From Narcine bancroftii (lineage: Eukaryota): a stretch of DNA of 64,000 bases. Shown one piece after another: positions 57,901-64,000 of the stretch. The stretch's first letter is position 1. Each line of letters opens with the position of its first letter. The notes beneath the pieces were generated by a model, which saw only the letters and a list, made by a program, of their open reading frames with translations, did no database searches and was not told the DNA's origin. Location of the stretch: contig NC_091469.1 of assembly GCF_036971445.1 (NCBI RefSeq), forward strand, positions 268,584,001-268,648,000, read 5' to 3'. The position numbers and the translations under genes are program-made.

Positions 57901-60299
57901 AGTCTTAGAGTTATACAGCCTAGACACAACTGGCCCTTCATCTGATCATGCCCCTGCTGTATTCACACTAATCTCATTTGGCCACATTAGGACCATATCC
58001 TTGTCTACTTGATTCCATGGCCTCTTTTGGCAGGACAACCCAGTTAACAACCACTCTCCTCTGTAGATTAGTTTATACATTGTGTATTAAGCAGAAAACA
58101 ATTAAAATTTTCCTTTTACAATCTTTTTATTGTTTAACACACAAAAAATCCATAAATATATAAAATGCGAGGTTATAGATTATAAATCAAATAAATATAC
58201 ATTATAAACAAACAGTAATTGATTCCCCATGGCTCTATTGTTAAAATAATAAAAACAGTCGAAGAAAAAAATCTTATCTATTCTAAACTATCTAACTAAC
58301 CTAAATTAAATTATCTAATCCCCTCACCTAATAGAAGTTGGGATGCCTTAAAACAATAAAATTCAGTAATAAACAAAAAAAATGCTCCTTTACATAAATG
58401 GAATTAGTTAACATGAAAGGGAAAAACAAAAATGAAACATTATATTAAAGCAGGCTTAAGAATCACGAAAACATTTGCCACATACTATCAAATTTAATAT
58501 CGGTATCAGTTATAGCACATCTAATTTCTAAATTTAAACAAGCTAAAGTTTGGCATAAAAAAAAACAATGAAAATTTTGCTGTATCATTTTTCAATTAGA
58601 AAGTTTTTAGGCTTCTCAAATGAACTTCTTAAGCCCAAAAAGGATGTTTAAAATGAACACAATCTTTTTAATGACTCAACTTGCAGCCATTTCAAATTGG
58701 GTAATTAGCTTGATTTTTGCAGCTGGATGGTTATATGAGCACAGACTTTATTGGCATCGTTAAAGGATATCACTGCAAAAACATTTAGAGTTCCGAGGTA
58801 TGAACGCCAGAGATTGCCGCCAGTTTAATATACCTACAGTAAATTCTCTGATACATGTGTGAAAAATCATTTATTGCTGGTTTTCAATGAATATTGCTTA
58901 TGAAAAATTAAAAATGATTTCATTTATACATTTATACATTGTTTTAGAACATAAACAAAGTACAGGTATACCCTGTATAACATGATTTTGAAAAGTGTGG
59001 GTTTTGATACAGTATGACACAGTTTGAAATATCTGACCCGCAGTTTAAAATTTGCAATGTTAAAGTTTTATTGTTGTTGCTACTTAAACCACCTCCTAAC
59101 ACTTTGCAAGGCTCTAGTTAAAAATATTTGAAATCTAGGCACTGAGCTGTGGAATTGAGAGAGTTAAGTGGCTGTGTTGAAAGTTATTGCTGTCCTCGGG
59201 GTGATCGGGCTTCCTGCATTATCCCACAGCACGCTGCCTTACACTGATAGGAATCTGTTTTTTCTTCATCTCTGCTCTGATGTGGCAGATCAGCGAGTTT
59301 GCAAGCAACTGAACAATGCCAGTTTGTATGGAGGGGAACCCCTGGAATTTGCTGTGGAATAGAGAGAGTTAAGTGGCTGTGTTTTAAGTTATTGCTGTCC
59401 CCGCTGTGATCAGGCTCCCTGCACTATCCCATGGTAGTACCAATTTAGTGAAAGTCTCATGTGGGCGATTTGACGCAAATCTACATTTTACCCCCTCCAT
59501 AAATCTTCGTCCGCGAAGCCAAGCCAAAGATATGAGACAAATACTTGCTTCAATTAAACTATGTTCACGTTGCCAATAAAGATCAATTTTATATATCCCT
59601 TTTATAGGATTGAACCATATCAAAGTGCATTGTAATAATGCTTTGAACAGTGTGACTTTCCATAGCACTGAACTTGTTTGGAATGCATTAACCATGTTAT
59701 ACAGTGTATGCCTGTACAGTAAAACCCATGTTATCCAGAATTCAAGCAACTTGCAAAAAAAAAAATCACAGAAAATAAATAAGTAAAAAAACATGAAAGT
59801 TTAAAATTGGCACGCTTTGCAATTAGTTTGTGCAGTTTCGAGCATCCGGAAAATTCACTTATCTAGCATCTATCAATCCCAATGGGAGCCAGACACCAGG
59901 GGTTTTACTACATTCAACTTAAACAGTTATTGATAAAATTCTTCAACAATTGATTACATTTAATGTTTGTGACTTCATTTTTCCACAGCGGTCACTCCCA
60001 AGGTATCAGAAATCAAGTCCAACCCTGTTCAGCCTGAAATAGATGGAAATGCCACTCTTTCTTGTAGAATTTCAGAGTTTGCTCCCATGGATATAAACGT
60101 TATTTGGAGCAAGGGATGTAAGATATACAAAGTTGAGGAAATCATCGTAGAAGTGCCGAAAATTGATGAAACTGGGCTGTACTCTACAATGACAAGACTG
60201 CCGATCATCATAAATGAGGATTCAGAAGAATATACTTGTGAAATTGAACATGAGAAGACCAATGATATTGTTGAGAAAAAATTTACCTTGAAGATTTAG
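33685..60299 (+). CDS. NCR3LG1: Gene 2: B7-H6 (NCR3LG1)-like receptor, leader-IgV-IgC1-TM-6x cytoplasmic IgC1, 10 exons, 962 aa
   Basis: join(33685-33751,37007-37360,38255-38581,43069-43185,43503-43901,47605-47967,50903-51214,55447-55773,57266-57577,59989-60299) = 2889 nt, open throughout, all introns GT-AG phase 1. The V/C1 pair resembles human B7-H6 as recalled (EGTLKL/EGDLKV, LGISW/MGITW, YQCEVVIPP/YRCEVVVTP, PPIKNPD/PTIKNMD). Confidence 0.85.
34365..34718. mobile_element. MITE with 16-bp terminal inverted repeats
   Basis: TAGCTGCTTTCAGGTG...CACCTGAAAGCGGCTA with internal repeats of CACCTGAA(AG). GC-rich insert inside the CR1. Confidence 0.7.
35345..35560. mobile_element. hAT-type MITE
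   Basis: CAGGGGCAGACAACC...GGTTGCCAACCCCTG termini with 8-bp TSD GTATAGAA/GCATAGAA. Confidence 0.85.
37007..37360 (+). CDS. NCR3LG1: Gene 2 exon 2, extracellular IgV domain (B7-H6-like)
   Basis: ttgtag acceptor and G|gtaagg donor. Motifs LLHCEI...LGISW...GDMSLMLKNV...SGKYQCEVVIPP. Confidence 0.93.
38255..38581 (+). CDS. NCR3LG1: Gene 2 exon 3, extracellular IgC1 domain
   Basis: gcag acceptor and G|gttagt donor. Motifs LRCQLTGYYP..VEW...IKNPDRTCN...SYECHVMHKTL. Confidence 0.93.
39361..41278 (-). mobile_element. Internally deleted L1 retaining both ends, with a nested solo LTR
   Basis: Endonuclease remnants (LGGDFNFCLDP, YSRIDIFL, ILSDHSP), an ORF2 C-terminal remnant, a T-run at the left end, and TSD ATTGTGCGACT/ATTGTGTGACT (39350-39360 and 41279-41289). 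Confidence 0.75.
40539..40819 (+). mobile_element. Solo LTR related to the Gypsy 1 LTRs
   Basis: TGTGGTG...CACCATA termini. Shares TCAATCAGCCGACCTGAAT and AATAAAGCCTGTTGTACAGTCTT with the Gypsy 1 LTR sense strand. TSD GTACC/GTATC. Confidence 0.85.
41598..42043 (+). mobile_element. RTE 3' fragment inserted into a Rex1/Babar-like LINE (about 41410-42920, minus)
   Basis: Matches 25295-25750 and ends in AAGCCAAGCCAAAGAAAAG. The host LINE continues on both sides (compare the uninterrupted junction at 6960-6990). Confidence 0.9.
43069..43185 (+). CDS. NCR3LG1: Gene 2 exon 4, transmembrane segment
   Basis: Long polypyrimidine tract with acag acceptor and AAG|gtaac donor, phase 1/1. Translates as EAEILISTQSIIGSIIGSIFITVLLTATGILIYICYFYK, a frame not shown in the ORF track. 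Confidence 0.9.
43503..43901 (+). CDS. Gene 2 exon 5, post-TM IgC1 domain 1
   Basis: ctcag acceptor and A|gtaagt donor. VPPKVSDI...IICHVAGFRPGDIDLSWY...IICRVTHP, with a long insertion after the C strand. Confidence 0.9.
44122..46713 (+). mobile_element. Decayed Tc1-family transposon with IR/DR-type ends; right end interrupted by a solo LTR
   Basis: Direct repeats CCATAATGTTTGGGA (~44135 and ~44318) are mirrored by ATGTCCCAAATATTATGG (~45485). Transposase remnants (TDETKI, QQNNDPKH, EWPSQS) at about 44460-45445. Ends approximate. Confidence 0.85.
45573..46584 (+). mobile_element. Solo LTR of about 1 kb
   Basis: TGTTAC...GTAACA inverted termini with 4-bp TSD ATAC and an internal (GA)n/G run. 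Confidence 0.88.
47605..47967 (+). CDS. Gene 2 exon 6, post-TM IgC1 domain 2 (first Cys replaced by Tyr)
   Basis: ttag acceptor and G|gtaaat donor. APKLAKI...LIYPIKLFKPNLLNIKWYK...TYSVNSML...EYLCEVNH. Confidence 0.9.
48130..48610 (+). mobile_element. Old CR1 3' fragment
   Basis: Degenerate CR1 3' region (CTAGAAAAAGTTCAGAAAAGAT..., TCTAAAACTAGAGG..., TTTAAAAGACATTTAGACAAG). Boundaries approximate. Confidence 0.6.
48790..49235 (-). mobile_element. Penelope-like element remnant with degenerate hammerhead motif
   Basis: Peptide EEQHLVFHLGTL, a pyrimidine-rich tract, then CCTTGAAGAAGGGCTCAGGTCTGAAACGTCGG on the minus strand. Confidence 0.65.
49720..49950 (-). mobile_element. tRNA-derived SINE (V-SINE/HE1-like)
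   Basis: GGGAGGAAACCAGAGAACCTGG..AAAACCC..GAGAATGTACAAACTCCTTACAGACAG core. B-box-like GGGTTTGAGTCC on the minus strand. Confidence 0.75.
50250..50545 (+). mobile_element. Solo LTR
   Basis: TGTAG...CTACA termini, TATA-like element and AATAAA, TSD ATGT. Confidence 0.85.
50564..50795 (-). mobile_element. Solo LTR adjacent to the previous one
   Basis: TGTAG...GCACA termini with TSD GTAT. Orientation inferred. Confidence 0.65.
50903..51214 (+). CDS. Gene 2 exon 7, post-TM IgC1 domain 3
   Basis: gcag acceptor and G|gtatgt donor. LSCKVHSFYPKSITVQWFK...KYQCRVTHKSL. Confidence 0.92.
51388..54050 (+). mobile_element. L1 derivative: open ORF1, spacer and only the C-terminal end of ORF2 (EN and RT missing)
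   Basis: ORF1 is open to 52439 (LENQSRWNNIKIIGLPEG, FFYADLS, RYPAVLK). ORF2 tail from 52763 (CFHCDQ..HAVWLC). AATAAA plus poly(A), and a 15-bp TSD AGAAAAACATTGTTG (51373-51387 and 54051-54065). Confidence 0.92.
54279..54364. repeat. Minisatellite, 4 x 21 bp
   Basis: GTGACCGGGACTGCACTGTTA repeated head to tail with minor variants. Confidence 0.92.
55447..55773 (+). CDS. Gene 2 exon 8, post-TM IgC1 domain 4 (second Cys replaced by Val)
   Basis: tacag acceptor and G|gtaagt donor. LTCEIKEFYPEDIQIHWF...GLYHKITKL...EYKVEVCH. Confidence 0.92.
57266..57577 (+). CDS. Gene 2 exon 9, post-TM Ig-like domain 5 (both canonical Cys lost)
   Basis: tatag acceptor and G|gtgagt donor. APKFSDFKMEPKVPLYG..LSVSSSVYD...SVQWYK...ELILVYK...IQLPLR, aligning with gene 1 exon C. 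Confidence 0.87.
59146..59432. repeat. Imperfect direct duplication of about 85 bp
   Basis: GCTGTGGAAT.GAGAGAGTTAAGTGGCTGTGTT..AAGTTATTGCTGTCC occurs at about 59146 and 59351. Confidence 0.85.
59486..59530 (+). mobile_element. RTE extreme 3'-end stub
   Basis: TTTTACCCCCTCCATAAATCTTCGTCCGCGAAGCCAAGCCAAAGA, identical to 25706-25750. Confidence 0.9.
59714..59910. mobile_element. Tc1/mariner-type MITE
   Basis: TACAGTAAAACCC...GGGGTTTTACTA termini. A related left end occurs at about 30910. Confidence 0.6.
59989..60299 (+). CDS. Gene 2 exon 10, terminal post-TM IgC1 domain 6 with stop codon
   Basis: cacag acceptor. VTPKVSEIK...LSCRISEFAPMDINVIW...GLYSTMTRL...YTCEIEH...VEKKFTLKI*. Confidence 0.92.
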
Positions 60300-61019
60300 T
60301 TTTGCTTTGTGATTTCACAACCTAACATAAATTTTAATTTCACTTGCCTGTGCAGAATTAATCCAATAGATGATGATGCAAAGCAGGAATGTGAATTTAG
60401 ATCAGAAATACTTGGAAGTGTTTTAAATTTAGAAGTGCAGCATAAGTGTTCTCCATTGTGAACATCACGACATTTACAAATGACTAACAGCTACATATTA
60501 CTTTATTTACATAGAGTGACGTTATGTACAGTCTGTTTTTCAGAGGATAACTGAGTATAATTCCATAAACTTCAGAAAGTAGCCAAATCCATTTGAAATA
60601 ATGACATTGAAAAAAGCAGTATTATTTTAAAATATTATGTCTTTGGCAATTGCAAGTAGCCTGTTTTTGTGGGCCTGGGATTGTTGTCAGCAGGCCAAGT
60701 AAAGATGGTAAATTTTCTTTTGTGAAAAACAATATTGAGCTGGATACAAAGGTTTTTAATTGTTTGTTAATTTCTTGATCAAAGCATGGTGGAATTTGAA
60801 TGTGTTTTCCAGATTTTTGCCCAGCATTTTCAATTACGAATCCAGACATTTAAATACTTCTCTATCTTTCCAGTGTTATCCAGATATTTCATCACAGGAA
60901 ATTATTGTATTTAAAAAAAAATATTTTAAAGTTTTCATCCACAATGCAGTCAATTATAAGGTTATATTTTAAAGTCACAGGCAAATTATGTACCTAACAT
61001 AATAGCATTTATTGTATTT

Positions 61020-62480
61020 TTTAAAAATATTTTAAAGTTTTCATCCACAATGCAGTCAATTATAAGGTTATAAATACATACTTTATATTAAACATGTATA
61101 CACTACATTGTGTTTGATTTCCCTCCACCCCCTCACCTCAAAAACCCTCAAAGAAAAAAAATGTAAGAAATAGAAAGATTAAAATAGATATAGGAAAAAA
61201 AGAAAAGAAAAGTGAGGATTTCCTTAGAAGTACTCTTCAGAACAAAATATCATATATGTATATAATATTTCTTAAGGAAAATCATATGGATAGACTCTAA
61301 ATTAACATTCTAAATTCAGGCACCCCTTTTACAAAGTAGTCTCATATTAATAAATTTTAAAAAATTATTGTTGCCATCAGTTAATGGAATCTTCCACTCT
61401 GCTGGGTAACAAAGTAGAAACATTTTTCTTAACCAAATTAAACTCTCTTCCTTAATTCATTAATCCACAAATTCTGCTGCTTGTTTACAATTCTTCTGCT
61501 GCTTGTTTACATTTGTAAAAAATTTCTTGTTGCCATCAGGTATGAAATCTTCAAAGTAGTTGAGTAATGAAGTACAAACTTATAACCCTTTTGCCAAATG
61601 GTTTTCTTAACTGAATTAAACCCCCTTCTTCCAGTCAACAATTGTGAACTGATATCTGGATAGAAGAAAATCTTTGATCCATGGTATTCAAGTGGGTTCT
61701 TTCTTATTCTTGCACTTCTAGATGCCAAGGCTAAGATTTTTTCTTTATCTTGATATTTTAAACATTTAACCACTATAGAACGAGGCTTTTTATCTTTGGT
61801 TGTGGTCGTGGCCTAAGGACTCTGTGCCCTTTCAGTTTCAATAGGTCTTTAAAATTTATTCACCCCAAGAACTTTAGGTATCAATCTTTGTAGGAATCGA
61901 ATTGTATCTTATTTGTCGTCTCCCTCTTTCAATCCAACAATTTTAATATTATTTCTTTTACTAAGGTTTTCCACATTATCAATTTTATCCAAATACTTCT
62001 TCCTTTCAACAGATTTCATTATAACTTAATTCTCCAATTTCCCTATTCTCTTCTGTACATTTTAAACCTTTGCTTCCATTTTATTAACCTTAAATTTATT
62101 TTACCCACATCTTGCATCTTTTCCATGTCAGCGTCATCTTAATAAACTTTGTATTCCTATGTTTTACTTCAGCCCTCAGATATAGTATTTCTTGATTCAT
62201 TTCTCTTACAACTCCCTCAAGTGGAGTCTCTTTAAATTTTCTCTTCCCTGTAGCCTTTTGTATAACCCCATACTTAACTTGCTCTTGAGATGCTGGTATA
62301 TCTTATTCTTCCTCCTTGTTCTGTATCTTCATCATTATCACTTTCTGGCTTCATCTCTTTTATTTCTTGTAAAAAATTAGCTTTTGTTAATTTTTTTTTA
62401 TCATCACTCCTCAAATGAACTGAGCATGCCTGCCAATTCGGGCATATGCGGTTACATACTTCCTTCTCATCCAACACCAT
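61020..62480 (-). mobile_element. Decayed L1 ORF1-containing remnant
   Basis: Peptide VKCLKYQDKEKIL...KIFFYPDIS...IWQKGYKF in ORF 61507-61773(-). Boundaries approximate. Confidence 0.75.
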
Positions 62481-64000
62481 TTTTCCCAGTCATCAGGAGG
62501 GGCACACCTACAGGCGTCCCCTTCATCTCCCCCTTCTGTCAGGACTTTGACACAACTCCAGGTCCAGGCTCCTTCTGCGATGGAGGCCTCCTTTCAAATT
62601 TTTTGGAGATGCTGCTAAACAATTCAACAATGGGGTTTCTCTTATTTGAATACATCTTAAAAGGTAAGTATGTTATTCTTACAATGTTTCTTACTATTTT
62701 TTACTATGCTTTACTTCATTTAAATATTATTTTTTTCCTATTTTCCTGGGAGGATCAGGGTCCCACATCCTACATCCTGTAGTCACATGACTATCCCCTG
62801 CATTTATTGTCTTGAGGAAGATTCAATACAGCAGAAGTGTCTCATGAATGTTGCATCAGCTGCGATAAATTCTGTTATATTTGTAGAGAGTATACACCTA
62901 AGGCTCAAAGATGCAGCATGTCTGCACATTAAGAATGGCTATGAGCTCTACTTCAGTTGTAAAATTAATGACCAAGACAAACCCTAGGTTTAGTGGCATA
63001 GCTAGGTAGGGGAACCACTCCCCCTGAGCACATTTGTTCAAAAGTGGCACCTTTTTGAACTGTGTGCTCACCAGTGGCGGATTAACCATTATCTTAGGCT
63101 GAGTAGGCTCAAGCCTGGGGCCCAGAAGGGAGGGAGGCCCGATTGGTTTAGCAATCGCTGATTGGTGACCAATGGTTTTTTAGACCTGTTATCATTTGGA
63201 GTCCCGGCTTTAAACATCGATTGTTCTTTTTCTCCCACTGTGTTCCTCTTGCAGATTGTGTTTGGCTTCAGATTATGACATCTACTGTCTCCTTGTATTT
63301 TTCCAGTCAGCTATTAGCTGGCACGGATTGGGGATTGCATGCCATGCATGCGTGATTTACTGCAAACCCAAGGCATGAAAAGATAGTCAATTTATGTTCG
63401 AAGTAAATCAGAGATCTGCGAGTAAAATGTTTTATTTAAAAACTAAATTAATTAGATGCAATTTGTGTCCCACAGTTCACGTAGGTCGAGGGGAGGGTTT
63501 GGAGTCGGGTGTCAGGAGCTCCAGTGTGCGGTAGGCTGAGGGCTGGTTTCAATTTCTTCAACCTACCCAAAATTAGCATTAAATGTAAAATTGTTAAATA
63601 ATACACATTTTTATTATGTTTTGATACAAATAACAATTATCTACTTCCATTAAAACTGTATCTTCCTTAAGTTCCTTGTGTTAAATACAAAAGAAAAATG
63701 CATAATAAACTTAGTTTTTGGTACGTGTCATGAATGTGTGCACATTAATTTCCTTGTGAGCTGGTTTGCAAATTGTGTGGGCACATGGACAGAGGCACAG
63801 CTTTGAGGGAATAGTGGCTTTTTTTTATGTGGTCATCCCCCCCCCCCCACTGTTAAAACCTGGCTACACCCTTGACTGGGCTACTCACATTTGTTACATT
63901 TGCTACTCACATTCAGCCTGAGTGCCTGTGACAGCATCATGTGATTAAACTTGCTAAGTTCAATAAAAGTTCATATAATGTTTCTCCAACTTCCTAGGTG

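Noticed and set aside
47830-60140. ITIM/ITSM-like tyrosines in the tail (TYSV, GLYHKI, TYKI, GLYSTM)
   Set aside because: They occupy the structural D-E strand aromatic position of the C1 fold and are probably buried, so they are not evidence of signalling motifs.
2069-60299. Immunoglobulin heavy-chain (IgW/IgNAR/IgM), TCR or MHC locus suggested by the many C1 exons
   Set aside because: No recombination signal sequences or J segments seen. The V exon is complete and spliced directly to C1, the TM lacks antigen-receptor motifs and lies before most C1 exons, and there are no MHC peptide-binding exons.
60904-61072. Duplicated ~60-bp AT-rich block downstream of the gene 2 stop as a regulatory element
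   Set aside because: It sits at the edge of an L1 remnant and is best explained as a local duplication. No motif could be supported.

Overview
Vertebrate genomic DNA, inferred to be from a cartilaginous fish (shark/ray-type SINE, CR1, L1, RTE and Penelope repeats). The window holds two tandem + strand immunoglobulin-superfamily genes separated by about 20 kb of nested retroelements. Gene 2 (33685-60299) can be assembled by hand from 10 exons, all joined by phase-1 GT-AG introns, giving 962 aa. It is a B7-H6/NCR3LG1-like type I membrane protein (leader, IgV, IgC1, TM). Unusually, the TM is followed by six more C1-type Ig domains on the cytoplasmic side, three of which have lost one or both disulphide cysteines. 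Gene 1 (exons at 2069-8611) is the 3' end of a diverged paralogue whose last four Ig exons match the last four of gene 2 one-for-one. The intergenic cluster contains a complete Gypsy element (10614-22080, TSD GTAGG) with no tRNA primer-binding site; that position is instead complementary to its own LTR poly(A)-signal region, suggesting self-priming. This Gypsy is interrupted by a full-length L1 and an RTE fragment, and is followed by a near-full RTE and a second decayed Gypsy. Also present are a U6 retrocopy with a 17-bp TSD, at least seven solo LTRs, a Tc1 IR/DR element, internally deleted L1s, MITEs and Penelope remnants with degenerate hammerhead motifs. All calls are from reading the sequence by eye; no database search was run.
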